Of a stretch of 64,000 nt of DNA, positions 12,138-25,804 are shown in pieces. Source of the DNA: Octopus vulgaris (taxonomy: Eukaryota). The position numbers and the translations under genes were made by a program. Below the pieces are notes generated by a model, which worked only from the letters and a program-made list of their open reading frames with translations, ran no database searches and was not told where the DNA came from. The stretch is from NCBI GenBank assembly GCA_951406725.2, contig OX597825.1, forward strand, positions 19,778,001 to 19,842,000, given 5' to 3'. Every line of letters starts with the position of its first letter. The first letter of the stretch is position 1.

Positions 12138-12300
12138 GTAGGAGTGGCTATGTAGTGGCTATGTAGCTTGCTTACGAACAACATGTTTCCGGGTTCAGTC
12201 CCACTGCGTGGCACCTTGGGCGAGTGCTTTCTACTATAGCCTCGGGCCAACCAAAGCCTTGTGAGTAGATTTGGTACACGGAAACTGAAAGAAGCCCGTC

Positions 12301-12379
<79 letters not shown>

Positions 12380-12432
12380 TAAAGTTAATCCAAACAAGAA
12401 AACACAAAAAACACAGCAACGCGAGGACGTGT

Positions 12433-12472
<40 letters not shown>

Positions 12473-12720
12473 CATATATATATATATATATGTATGTATG
12501 TGTGTGTGTGTGTGTATGTTTATGTGTCTGTGTTTGTCCTTCAACATCGTTTAACAACTGATGCTGGCGTGTTTACGTCCTCGTAACTTAGCGGTTTGAT
12601 AAAAGAGACCGGTAGAATACGCACTAGGCTTACAAAAAATAAGTCCTTGGGTCGATGTGCTCGACTAAATGCGGTGCTCCAGCATGGCCACAGTCAAATG
12701 ACTGAAACAAGTAAAAGAGA
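12138..12720 (+). mobile_element. tRNA-derived SINE family B with expanded internal (TA)n/(TG)n
   Basis: Head aggagtggct, B-box-like gggttcagtccc, central ccttgggc(a/g)agtg, tail ctccagcatggccacagtcaaatgactgaaacaagtaaaagag. Confidence 0.9.
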
Positions 12721-12832
12721 GTATTTATGTGAACATATGAATGGTGTATTTGTACGAATATATATCCATGCATCTTCATTTCCGGGTGCATGTCCACAAA
12801 TACTTATGTTGAACCTATATATATATATATAT

Positions 12833-13011
12833 ATTTATTATATAGAAGGAGCTTCTACAGGACTAGAACTGTTTCATTCAAGAGAAATCTTCAGGAATGA
12901 ATGAAACAGTTCTAGTCCTGTAGAAGCTCCTTCTATATAATAAATTAATTTTACTCTGCTATGTATTGAGTACCTTATTTACTGTGGTTAACCCCGAATC
13001 AAACCGGGACC

Positions 13012-13016
<5 letters not shown>
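12833..13016. mobile_element. Penelope-like pseudo-LTR fragment with a perfect 48-bp inverted duplication
   Basis: Arms 12833-12880 and 12898-12945 are perfect reverse complements with a 17-nt spacer. A hammerhead core and AATAAA are present, and the fragment is embedded in (TA)n. Confidence 0.65.
12853..12897 (-). ncRNA. Minimal type I hammerhead ribozyme
   Basis: uuc CUGAAGA u uuc-ucuu-gaa u GAA Acag-uucuaguc-cuGU A gaa: stems I, II and III all pair, with a GUA cleavage triplet. Confidence 0.65.
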
Positions 13017-13068
<52 letters not shown>

Positions 13069-13407
13069 GGGATAGTAGATACAGCGCGCTGTTGCTGCTC
13101 TGTATAGGTGTTTACTGTTATCTTCTGTAAACAATACATAAAATGCCTGAATACAAGTGGCTAGCAGACCTTATATATGTAACCTTGTTTCGTTTATTTC
13201 TATTCTTGTGACTCAACAACTTAATATTTATTCTCATACTTATTTCTTTTCTTTCAGATCAAAACTATTGTTGGATGTAAAGCAAAATTGTCCGCAGATT
13301 GAACGTTCGAGGAAAATCCATAAGCTTAAATTTTTCCTTAACTCCTTGCACACTATTTGACTTACAGTGACAATATCATTTGTATGAATAAAATAAAATT
13401 GTGAAAT

Positions 13408-13842
13408 TGTGTGATAAGAAGTTTGATTCCATCTATCGTAGATCCGGGTTCAGCCCCACTGCGAGACACCTCTAGGGGCCTACAAAATTGTTGTGAGTAG
13501 ATTTGGTTGGTGGAAACTGAAAGAGTCCCGTCATATGTGTGTGCACTTGTTTTTATGTTTGTCCCTGACCAATGCTCTGTTTACGACCTGTATCCTAGCG
13601 GTTCCACAAGAAAGGCTAATAGAATAGGTACCGGGCGTCAAGAAAACTAAGTGCTGGGGTCGATTCGTTCCACTGTAATTCAGTGCTACAGTATGGCCGC
13701 AGTCTGATTGAAACAAGTAAAATGAATTTTAAAAAATAAGAAGAAAAAGAAAAATGGCAGTGTTTAATTATTTTCTATTATTCTTTTATTATTTTACTTG
13801 TTTCAGTCACGTGACTGTGGCCATGCTGGAGCACACCGCCTT
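13408..13842. mobile_element. Diverged family B SINE (plus, 13408-13720) and family B tail (minus, 13790-13842)
   Basis: ccgggttcagccccactgcg, gtgagtagatttgg and ggccgcagtctgattgaaacaagtaaaa. Confidence 0.8.
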
Positions 13843-15399
13843 GTATGTAATTTTTACAAACTTTTGTGTAGAATAAGTAGAAATTTGTTACGTGCCGTGT
13901 TTTTTTATGGATCTTGCGGCAAAGCAAGTATATACTGTAGCTCGAAAAGTCTGTGATACAGAAACAAATTGGGGTAATTTTTGGATTCTGAGGTCCTAAT
14001 TTAATCATGTACAGGTGTCAGAAAATTATGTTTCCTCGTGTAAAATAAACGAGTGGATACAAATAGTTTATAGAATATATATTTTGGAAATAAGTGTGTT
14101 TGCTTGCTAACAGTCTCCTTGAATGTTTTATTCTTTTATCAATCTTCTTAATTCCTACGTAAATATCTCGCCAATGACATCAATATTTAATAGAAAAATA
14201 ACGAAAATAATACAGCTTGAAAATTAGAGGTAGACGCTACGTTTTGTGTTTTTTTATCAATAATTATACACTATTTCTATAATTATATATATAGTTTTCT
14301 AAATTATACGTTTCGAAAATAGAAGGATTATATGTTTTCCTGCAATAATTTCCTACTGGCAAAGACTGGTGCACCAGTGCGCTTAACCTGCTGAGAATAG
14401 CAACCAAATCCCTCCCACGTTATATCTCACCGCTTTAGAAATAGAACAGTATATAGTATTATGTATTCTACGATAAAATATGTCAGTAAATAAATTAAAT
14501 TAGAACTCTATATATCGTTCCACTAAAGCTTCACCTGTGGCTAATCGAATATAAATAAATATCTAAAAATATATATTTTGTATCACTTGCCGGCTTAATA
14601 TGAATATCATCCTCATGGGAGGCACTAAGATGGTGAGCTGATAAATTTGTTCGAGCGGTGGGAAATGCTCTGCCGTATTTGCGTTGATTCGTTATATTTC
14701 TGAGTTCAAATTCCACCGATACCAGCTATAATTTTCCTCAAAATGGAGTTCATTAAAACGAAGCAACAGTCTATATTATCCACCAAAACCTCCCCTCAAA
14801 ACTCTTGCACTTTGAATCAGAAAATATTATAGAAAGCACTCAGTTTTGCTGAATACAAAAAGTCGTGTTCGTCACTCATTTATAACACGGTAGCGGAATT
14901 GTGAACCATGTTACGCTTACCACGGATTGATCTGCAATAACACGGATCGGCGATGAATTGAATATTCTGCTTGTACCGCATAAGCACGCCTTGGTGATCA
15001 TCCACAAAAGACAGTTAGCCAGAATACATTACTAACCACTCCTTTTGTTTGTATGACTATTCTTTGGGGGTCTTGTACTTTTACTACAGCCTCACGTACT
15101 CGTTTTCGTAAAGAGAGAACCCGTGAACCGAAAAAAATATGAATGATTGTAACAAATAACACAGACAGGTGTATTCTCTATAGAAAAAGTAGAAGTGATC
15201 AAAAGAATATGCGAAATTGCTTTCAATGAATCTACTAATTGTTGTGTTTACAACATTCGTGGAAGCATTCATTAATCATGGATTCATTTATGGCTGTGCT
15301 TTTCATGATCCAAACTCCGTGATGAACGAGGATGGCTGAAAAGAGATTGGACGCCATTCGGAAATCTCATGACCACTTACGGAAGGTAATTTCATTTAG

Positions 15400-15547
15400 C
15401 GTAGGCGTGGCTGTGTGGTAAGAAGTTTGCTTCCCAAGCACATTGTTCTGGGTTCAGTCCTACTGCATTGCACCTTAGGCAAGTGTCTTCTGTTAAAGCC
15501 TACTGTATTTGGCAGATGGAAACTGAAAGAAGCCCATCGTATAAGTT

Positions 15548-15583
<36 letters not shown>

Positions 15584-15760
15584 TCGCCTGTCAACGTCTC
15601 ACAACCGGTATTGATGCGTTTACGTGCCCGTAAATTAGCACTTCGGCATAAGAAACCGATAGAATGAGTACTAGTCTTAAGAAATATAAACCCTGGAGAC
15701 GATTTGTTTAACTAAAACGCTTGAAGGCGGTGCCCCAATTTGGCCGCATGCAAAGAAGTT
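15400..15760 (+). mobile_element. SINE family B, diverged
   Basis: taggcgtggctgtgtggtaagaag head, internal (TG)n, tail aaggcggtgcccc. Confidence 0.85.
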
Positions 15761-15913
15761 ATAAAAGATAGCAAATACAAGATAAAAGGCAGCATTCATA
15801 TTTTTTTCCAGAAATACATCCATCTAAGAAACCTCTACTGAAGTATTATAGAAACGATTGTATAATATTTTCTTATTAGATATTTATTTATTTATTTATT
15901 TATTTGCTTATTT

Positions 15914-16355
15914 AAGGCGGTGAGATGCCAGAATCGTTAGCACACCGGATAAAATGATTTGCGACAATTTGTACGTCTTTACGTTCTGACCTCAAATGCC
16001 AACGAGGTTTACTTCGCTTTTCATCCTTTCGTGATCGATAAATTAAGTACCAGAGAAACGCTGGGAACGTTTAAATCGACTATATCGTTTCCCAAAAATT
16101 CACAGGCCTTGTGCCTACATGATAAAGGCTTATTATTAAGATGAGCTGGCAAAATCTTTAGCACGCTGAGCAAAATAATTTGCGACATTTTGTACGTCTT
16201 TACGTTCTGACTTCAAATGCCTCCGAGGTCTACTTTGCTTTTCATCGTTTCCGGTGAGGTCAATAAAAAGTACCAGTGAAATACTGACATCGTTGTAATC
16301 AGCTTAGTCCCTCCCCACGAACTTGCTGGCCTGGTGCCAAAATTTGAAATCAATA
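15914..16355 (+). mobile_element. Two head-to-tail family A SINEs
   Basis: Heads at 15914 and 16138, each followed by a body with ctttcatcctttc-like and aagtaccag motifs. Confidence 0.8.
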
Positions 16356-16809
16356 TTTTGTATTATTTGTTTTGAAATACGTCATATACCAAATAATGGA
16401 ATAGTTTCTCTTTTTTAAATCTTTTTTTTCTTTTGTTAATAGCAATCCTGATACAGATTCTCTTTCTCAACATGATCAGGGCCCATCTGCAAATATTTTT
16501 CGCAATCAAATCTGACTAATTCAATCTGAACTTAATTTAAAATCTTATTCAAATATTAATTACTTGCGAGTGTCTGCGTATTTGAGTGAAGCCGCTGTTG
16601 TTTTCTTTTTTTTGTTCATCGTTGTTTTGTTATTTAGAAAAGTCTGATTATTATTATCATTGAATGGCGGTTGAGGAGGGAACTGATAATATGTAGAGAA
16701 ACAGAATATCAGCTGATACATAATCAAGTCTCTTTATATTCTGCGTAGAAAACACCGCCAGGGTCGACTTGCTGTTCATATGTTCGAAGTCTTATAATAT
16801 GTATATACT

Positions 16810-17039
16810 TATTAATTTACTGCCCATAAGGGCCTACATACAGAGGGGACAAACAAGGACAGACAAAGAGATTAAGTCGATTATATCGACGCCAGTGCGT
16901 AACTGGTACTTATTTAATCGACCCCAAAAGGATGAAAGGCAAAGTCAACCTCAGCGGAATATGAACTCAGAACATAGCAGCAGACGAAATACTACTAAGC
17001 ATTTTACCCGGCGTGCTAACGTTTCTACCAGCTCGCCGC
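16810..17039 (-). mobile_element. SINE family A with ~19-bp TSD
   Basis: cttataatat(g/t)tatatact at 16791-16809 and 17040-17058. Confidence 0.9.
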
Positions 17040-17093
17040 CTTATAATATTTATATACTACTACTACACAATGCTGCCGCTACTGCTGCTGCTG

Positions 17094-17128
<35 letters not shown>

Positions 17129-17284
17129 GCAACTACTACTACCACTACTACTACTAAATGGAAAGCGATTTAAATGAGACTACTTCAACCTCAGAATTTG
17201 TTGTTTGTAACTCAAAATTCATCATTGGCAACTTCAACACCATCGTTGTCGTTGTTGTCTTCATTATCATTATAAGTATATTGC

Positions 17285-17655
17285 TATTAACTCCGCGTTA
17301 GCCAAGGCGAAGCTATTGCTTTCAGTCGTGTTTGTTTGTATGTTTTCTGCGGACAAGGTATCTCAAGAACTACTGGATGGATTCGGATGAAACTTTCAGG
17401 GACGTTTGGTCTCTTGACTAGTACGAATTGATTAGATTTTGGGATCGATCTGTTACCGGACAAGGATTCTGGCTTATTTTCCCGGCAGTTTTTACTTAAT
17501 TTTTGAGAGCATCGGGTTCATTTTTAGTATTCTCCTTCGTGAGAGCAATAGAGTTTATTTGAGATATACTAATTTTAAAAATCATCTGTAGTTAATCGTT
17601 GAGAGGACGTTCATGTTGCCTTGGAGGAGGTTTGCGCTGTCAGTGTGCTCTTGTT
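17285..17655 (+). mobile_element. Non-autonomous Helentron-associated (DINE-1/HINE-like) element
   Basis: 5' tattaactccgc..ccaagg, short (tgtt)n tract, core atctcaagaactactggatggatt..gatgaaactt, 3' ccttggaggagg subterminal IR plus a short hairpin before the terminal tt. Confidence 0.65.
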
Positions 17656-17663
17656 AATAATAT

Positions 17664-17785
17664 TTTTAGGGCAGAATGACTAGTACGCCGAACAAAATAT
17701 CTGCGGCATTTCGTCAGCGAGTTGGCAAAAACGTTAGCACGTCGGGCGAAATGCCTAGCGGTATTTCGTTTGCCGCTACGTTCTG
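17664..17785 (+). mobile_element. Family A SINE head nested in an older family A head, truncated
   Basis: The old head runs to gcggcatttcgtc and is followed directly by a new head agcgagttggcaaaaacgttagcac. Confidence 0.7.
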
Positions 17786-18194
17786 ATCACATGTTTTCGG
17801 CCTTTTTAGCCTCATATACAGACGACCGAGAGATGTAAATAGCAGCGATTCCTTGCCTGGTGATATGCATATTATCACAATACATACTCAGGCATTAATA
17901 TCACACATAGCCTGTGAGTTTATGAAAAGTTAAAGCCAAGTGAGATAATCACCCAATAGGTGTTACCCAAGAGCCGCCTCCCTTGTTTTCGTTTTCTAAA
18001 AATTCTCACGAGATTTTATTGTCAAATAACGTGGTTTTCTTCCTTGTTTCAATACAAAACGGAGACAAATACCAAATTCTCTATATGATCGGAGGAAAAA
18101 TTGTTGATATATTTTCGTAGCATGCTGGCGTTAATATACAGTGCTGTGTTGAGCACTCAACCTCATTGATCAACATTTACGTGTACATGTATGT

Positions 18195-18201
18195 GTGCGT
18201 G

Positions 18202-18244
<43 letters not shown>

Positions 18245-18307
18245 TATCACACCGAGAGAGAGAAAGAGAGTTAGATAGAAAGAGAGATATATATTTATGT
18301 ATGTATG

Positions 18308-18374
<67 letters not shown>

Positions 18375-18550
18375 AATATGCCAATACACTTATAAACATA
18401 GATAGATATGCCGTATATTTGTATATGTGTTATATGAAATATGTATGCATGAAATTTACATATATATATGAACCAATATAGATACATAAATCATGTGCAT
18501 ATATATCTACATAGATATACATATATAATAAATTATGTATATGTAGACAC

Positions 18551-18587
<37 letters not shown>

Positions 18588-18599
18588 CATATATATATG

Positions 18600-18661
<62 letters not shown>

Positions 18662-18670
18662 AATACATAC

Positions 18671-18731
<61 letters not shown>

Positions 18732-18743
18732 CATATATATATG

Positions 18744-18789
<46 letters not shown>

Positions 18790-18870
18790 AATACATACAT
18801 ATATATATATACATATATATATACACAAATATATATACAAATATATATATATATATGTAGTATGTATGTA
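18195..18870. repeat. Long (TA)n-derived compound microsatellite with higher-order units
   Basis: Recurrent taaatacatatatatatgcatacatac and gtatataaatacatac units. Confidence 0.95.
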
Positions 18871-19112
18871 TACACCACAATGTCGTGTCCTTGCTGGTTC
18901 TTTAGTTCTTTGTCAATGTGGATTTATTTTTTGGGCAGCTAATGACTATTCATTAATTTGTTACATCACGTCAACGTTCTCAAACACGAATTGTCTGCTG
19001 GCGGCCAGTTGTTTTTGTCTGCTCTTTGAACCTGTCTCTGGCACTTCTATTGAACGGTAAAAATATAGACGAATCACTGCAATTATTCCAAATATTCTCC
19101 GGAAAAAGAAAA

Positions 19113-19277
19113 TAGGCGCAGGAGTGGCTGTGTGGTAAGTAGCTTGCTAAACAACCACATGGTTCCGGGTTCAGTCCCACTGCGTGGCACCTTGGGCAAG
19201 TGTCTTCTACTATAGCCTCGGGCCGACCAATGCCTTGTGAGTGGATTTGGTAGACGGAAACTGAAAGAAGCCCGTCG

Positions 19278-19310
<33 letters not shown>

Positions 19311-19520
19311 TTGTGTGTCTGTGTTTGTCCCCCTAGCATTGCTTGACGACCGATGCTGGTGTGTTTACGCCCCCGTCAATTAGCGGTTCGGCAAAAGAGA
19401 CTGATAGAATAAGTACTGGGCTTACAAAGAATAAGTCCCGGGGTCGATTTGCCCGACTAAAGGCGGTGCTCCAGCATGGCTGCAGTCAAATGACTGAAAC
19501 AAGTAAAAGAGTAAAGAGTA
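19113..19520 (+). mobile_element. SINE family B, young full-length copy
   Basis: Near-identical to 45100-45525 and to the reverse complement of 45762-46161. Confidence 0.95.
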
Positions 19521-20069
19521 ATAATATTTGGCCACACACAAGCAATGTGAATGTATTCTGTCAGCAGAGCAATTTTATATGCTCTTGTTCTGTGTGCCAC
19601 TTGTTAGTGAATACGTTAATTTCTAATTCAGTTCAAATACAGTGTATGAAGCTGGATTTAGCTTATATTTTGTTATTATTCCATGTTTAAATATAAATAA
19701 GTATATAACCGAATTAACTTCATGATTGACAATAAGTTCATTTCTATAACAAAATTATCTGCACTTAAACCATCTCAAGAAAATCCTACGGAATTATTTA
19801 TTGGTATTTCGAAAATTTTATATTTCATTTTCCGTGTTTGCCCCCTGTGTGTATGTGTATTTGTGTTTGTGTATGTGTGTGTGTGTCTGTATGTGTGTCT
19901 ATGTGTATGTGTGCCCATATTTGCTATATTGCGTCTTTTATTAAGTCGTGGGGGTATGCTTGTGTGTATACATCTATGTGTATAGCCAAAATAGACCCTA
20001 ATTCATTTAGTCTAACGATAAAAAGTAAAGTTGCACATATCTACACATATAATATAAAGTGAAAAATAA

Positions 20070-20600
20070 TTATTATTTCTATTCTAGGCACAAGACTTTC
20101 AAAATGTTGGAGGGAAGGGGGAGGATCAATTACACTGACACCAGTGCTTAACTGGTATTTATTTGATGGACCTCGAAAGAATGAAAGGCAAAGTCGACCT
20201 CGGCGGAATCTGAACTCAGAACGTAACGGCAGACGAAATACCCATTTCTTTACTACCTACAAGGAGCTAAAAACAGAGAACAAACAAAGATAGACAAACG
20301 GATTAAGTCGATTATATCGACCCCAGCGAGTAACTGGTACTTATTTAATCGACCCCGGAAGGATGAAAGACAAAGTCGACCTCGGCGGAATTTGAACTCA
20401 GAATGTAGCGGCAGACGAAATACCGATTTTTTTACTACCTACAAAGGGCTAAACACAGAGAGGACAAACAAAAGACAAACAAACGGATTAAATCGATTAT
20501 ATCGACCCCAGTGCGTAATTCGTACTTATTTAATCGACCCCGAACGTAGCAGCAGACGAAATACTGCTAAGCATTTCGCCCGGCGTGCTAACGTTTCTGC
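20070..20600 (-). mobile_element. Tandem/nested array of family A SINE (3 bodies, one head)
   Basis: Junctions of tail gtagtaaa(g/a)aaat(c/g) to ggtatttcgtc occur twice. Confidence 0.9.
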
Positions 20601-21769
20601 CATTGTGTAGAATAGCAATAAACGAAACTGCAGTTGTTAGTCCTTCTCTTACGCTTCTTGTGGAATTTCATGCCAACTTTGACAGAGATTACCTGTAAAT
20701 CATGTACAAGATATAAGTCAACATCTCGATCTTCCAAGGATTCACAAAGCTATATGATCCGTTGTATCTTTTAAAGTGTGATTGTAAGGCGTGATTTTGT
20801 GATAGATGTGGCAGCCGTTTTCACCATGTCGGATGGCCAACACGTTGGTCAGTAATGAAAAGCGACCAGAAATACAGTTGGCACGCCTCGAAATAATCCC
20901 AGCGTGCTTATATTCATACCGTATGAATATAAGCACGAATACCTATGAATCATACGTATTCGCCAAGGCAACCGGCAAAATTTGAGATTATAAATTCCTA
21001 TAACTTTTGGCCCTAACAGAACAACACTTTTTTGTAACAGCTTCCAACTTTCTATCCCTCTCAATCTCTTTTTCCTTACCGTTCCCATGTTTTTATCTTT
21101 CCCATACCTCCACACATCCACATGTATAATTGACACACCCACTAACAACATACATATCTATTGCACACACACATACGTTCGCAAGCAAATAAACACATAC
21201 TCACACACACAGACACACACACACGTGACCATATCCTAGCATGTACAGGTCGATGGCTGCATTAGACTCTGCGCCTGCGTTTCAGTGCGCATATATGAGC
21301 GATAACGAAGTTAACGTGTTTTAATGTGTCTATGACTTGTTACTTCTTAATGTGGCTTTTTTCTACCAACACGGGAGTTCAACAAAGATCTTCAGCTGGT
21401 TTTCGCAATAGTTTGAAAAGCAATAGGCAAGATGATGTTACATCACATATTGAAATAATATCACCGTGAAATTGGTTGTTGCTCCCACAAGAACAGGAAA
21501 TTAATATGGTTTGCCGGTCAAGTGTAGTTCATGCGTTTTATCATTGTTTTTAGTAGATGTATCTTTGTTCTATGATGTAATACTTTTCATTTCAAGGTAA
21601 ATTGCTGATTTTTAACAATTCTGGAATTAGATACATCCATATTGATTGGGGGCTTAAGCGCTTAAAGAATAAAGTTAGCATGCATATACGCATTATAAGG
21701 TTGTCTGTGACCAATGAATCAAAATCGAGAAGACAAAGCATTGAAACAGCGAAAGATTTGTGGAACCTA

Positions 21770-22127
21770 AATATTGGTTTCAAATTCCTACACAAGGCCA
21801 GCAATTTTAATGGAGGAGCTAAGCTGATTACTTCGACCTTAGTGTTTATTTTACCAACTCTGAAATGATGTAATCAAAGTCAACCTTGACGGAAATCGAA
21901 CTCAGGCCGTAAAGACGGACGAAATGCTGCTAAGTATTTAGCAAGGGAAAGGGGACAAGTCGATTAAAACGACCCCAGCGTTTCACTGCTACTTAATTTA
22001 TCGACCCCGAAAGGTTGAAATACAAAGTCACCTCCGTGGTGTTTAAGCTCAGAACGGAAAGGCAAACGAAACGCTCCAAAGTACTTTTCCCGGTTTGCTG
22101 AAGAGTCTGCCAGCTCGTCGCCTTATC

Positions 22128-22188
<61 letters not shown>

Positions 22189-22385
22189 TAATGGTTTCAA
22201 ATTTTGGCACAAGGCCAGCAAGTTCAGCGAAGAAGACTAGTCGTTTACATCGATCCTAGTACTCAACTGGTACTTATATTATCGACCCCGGAATGTTGAA
22301 ACGTAAAGTCCAACTCGGCGGAATTTAATCGCAAAACGTAAAGATGGACGTCATTTGTCCGGCGTGCTACCGATTCTGCAGACTC
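21770..22385 (-). mobile_element. Cluster of older family A SINEs separated by (AAT)n
   Basis: Three bodies with cgacccc...gaaa...aaagtc motifs; (AAT)n at 22128-22186. Confidence 0.8.
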
Positions 22386-22451
22386 CCTGTGAGGTATCAA
22401 CCCTCATTTTTCTTTGCAGATGACAAACGTTCTACCATTGCTCCAAATATT

Positions 22452-22982
22452 CGTTTCTACTCCATGCACAAGGTCCGAAATTTTGGGGGAGAGATCGACC
22501 CCATTACGTAACTGGTACTAAATTATCGACACCGGAAGAATGAAAGACAAAGTCCGTCTCGGGGTAATTTGATCCCATACTGTAAAGACGGACGAATTGC
22601 TGCTCAGCATTTGACTAGGAAAAGGAGATAAGTCGATTAGATCGACCCCAGTACGTAACTGGTACTTAATTTATCGACCCCGAAAGAATGAAAGGTAAAG
22701 TCGACCTCGGCGGAATTTGAACTCAGAACGCAGTGGCAGACGAAATACCTGTTTCTTTACTACCCACAAAGGGCTAAACACAGAGAGGACAAATAAGGAC
22801 AAACAAACGGATTAAGTCGATTATATCGACCCCAGTGCCTAACTGGTACTTATTTAATCGACCCCGAAAGGATGAAAGGCTAAGCCGACCTCGGCGGAAT
22901 TTGAACTCAGAACGTAGCAGCAGACGAAATGCCACTAAGCGTTTCGCCCGGTGTGCAAACGTTTCTGTCAGGTCACCGCCTT
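22452..22982 (-). mobile_element. Trimeric family A SINE composite flanked by a single 16-bp TSD
   Basis: TSD cattgctccaaatatt at 22436-22451 and 22983-22998; one head and three bodies. Confidence 0.9.
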
Positions 22983-24119
22983 CATTGCTCCAAATATTAT
23001 ACCATCAACTTATGTTTAGTTCTGGTATACTGCTTTTAATTAATGATAAAGGAAATTACATTTATACTACAACAATGAAACAGTACATTTAGAAATATCT
23101 AGCATCAAATCTCTAAAGAAACGAGATGAGCGATCCTTTTCGGATGATTGCGCTCGGTTGTTGATTCTTGTGTGAGGGCGTATGCTTCGGAGAGCACCTT
23201 AGTGTGCTTATGCGTGTGCGGTGAGTATATATGTGGTGTGGGTGGATGTGCGTGCGTGTGGATGTTCGTGTTTGTTTGTGTGTGTGTGTGTTTCTGTATG
23301 TGTGGGCGTGTGTTCGTGTGAGTGTGCGTGTGTGTGTGAGTGTGTGTGAGTGTGTGTGCGTGGGCTTCTCTGTAGGCGTCTAAATTTGTGATAATTTCAC
23401 AATGAGTTTTAGATTTTAATATGAATGAGAACTGACATAAAAAAAAAATTTTCTCGAAATCCATCGCCATCCGAGAAGGTAAATATTCTGCTATTAACAA
23501 CAGGGATGAGGGAAATTGTTTATAAAATATACATCAATTACTTTGTGAATATATAATAATATATCGGCCTCAACAAAATATAAATATCATATTTTTTATC
23601 TACAACACCAAACTCTAAAACAATATTTAATGCTATTTAGGGTTAACTCTATAAAAGGCTTCTTAAAAGTTCATTCTTCTATTATGTTTATGCGTGTTAT
23701 TTAAATGTTCTCGTTAAATGCACTTCTCTGTAGAGCACAGCAATAAGCAATTTCTTTCCATTAGCCGAAAGATCACTACCTGTCGAAATATTTCTGGTTT
23801 TTATTAAGTAGACATTAATAAAACAGCTCCATGTACGGTATTGTTAGCAGGTGTTTTTTTCATCTTCCTTTATTTTTAAACATGTAATATTTGTCATGTT
23901 TCGGCTTAGTCGGCATTTAATTTTTTCCAAAAAACAAAAGAAAAGGAAAAAAACAGCCTCAATCTACTTTTTGTCGCCTCTTCCATTTATATCTATATTA
24001 TCCCTAAAAAATAAATAAACTGAAGAGTCTGGAGGATACAACTGATACATCTACTTGAAAAACATCCGTTTCATACAGGAGAGGATTGAGTATTCTTATT
24101 AAAAATTATTAATACGTAC

Positions 24120-24640
<521 letters not shown>

Positions 24641-25155
24641 AATAGTTAAAACGTTTTGCAACAAATACTTGACTGACTTACACTATTTACACGAAAAGTT
24701 TTTAAAATTATTAACTAGTTAAAAAACTTATTCAAAAATATCTAAGCAAGTTAGATTGTTAATAAATAAAAGAAAAAAACTTTAGATATATAAATATATT
24801 TCAATGTTTTTGCGTGTGTGTGTTTGTGTGCGTGCGTTTGTGAGTGTGTGTGTATGTAAAAAATGTATGTGTTGTAAAGTATATTAAAATATATTTCACA
24901 CATATCTCACACATTTCTTACACTACCCAATATAAAACTGAATACTCTTGATAGAGTAGATGCTCTGTTTATCACATTAAAAGGTTACAGTGAATGACGT
25001 TTCTTGTCTCACCTTGCGGCGAATAAAGAAACACAGTGTCAAACTTTGGCACGATAAACTTACAAACGCACGCCCCCGCAGACAATACACACACTCACAC
25101 TCCCACACAGACGTACATCTGTATATATGTATGTGTGTATGTATGTATATGTATA

Positions 25156-25217
<62 letters not shown>

Positions 25218-25254
25218 CATACACACATACATACATATATATATATATATATAA

Positions 25255-25745
25255 ATATGGCTGTGTGGTGAGAAGTTTGATTTCCAACCACATGGTTCAG
25301 AATTCGGTCCCAGCGTCTTCTATTTTAGGGGGAGAATTCACAAAAGAAAAACAAAAGACGAAGACAGGTGCTGTAGAAAACAAAAAGGTGTATTAGTATA
25401 AAGCTCGGGAATTGAAAAAATTCGTTAATGTTTCGAGCCTACGCTCTTCCACACAAAGGAACACAGAAAGAAACAAATATTGAAAAGAATGTGTAGTGGC
25501 TAGCGATCTATCATGGCTTCTATTACAGACTGGTGAGCCAACCAATATCCTATGAGTGAATTTGATAGACGGGAAAAGAAAGAAACCTGTCGTATACACA
25601 TATACATGTGTGTATGTGTATGTGTGTGTCTGTGTGTGTGTGTGTCTCTGTGTGTGTCATTGTCCTCCACCACAGCTTGACAATCCAATGCTGGTGCTTC
25701 TACATCCCTGTAACCTAGCGGCTCGCATAATGACTGAGACAAGTA
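25255..25745 (+). mobile_element. Diverged family B SINE interrupted by a 192-bp insert
   Basis: Head ggctgtgtggtgagaag at 25259; the SINE resumes after 25516 with gtgagtgaatttgatagacgg. Confidence 0.75.
25325..25516 (-). mobile_element. Short (~190 bp) interspersed repeat with hammerhead-like motif (Penelope pLTR-like), copy 1
   Basis: 8-bp TSD cttctatt at 25317-25324 and 25517-25524. Motif gaagagcgtaggctcgaaac is shared with 26360-26527 and 28292-28460. Confidence 0.75.
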
Positions 25746-25762
25746 GAAGAATAAATTGATAA

Positions 25763-25804
<42 letters not shown>

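Noticed and set aside
14850-15380. Possible piggyBac transposase relic (FHDPNS..KRLDAIR-like stretch)
   Set aside because: It is too decayed to call by eye, and no TIR or TTAA boundaries were found; a translated HMM search is needed.
20070-20600. Regularly spaced repeats resembling a CRISPR array
   Set aside because: The units are SINE bodies of about 180 bp without unique spacers, the context is eukaryotic, and there are no cas genes.
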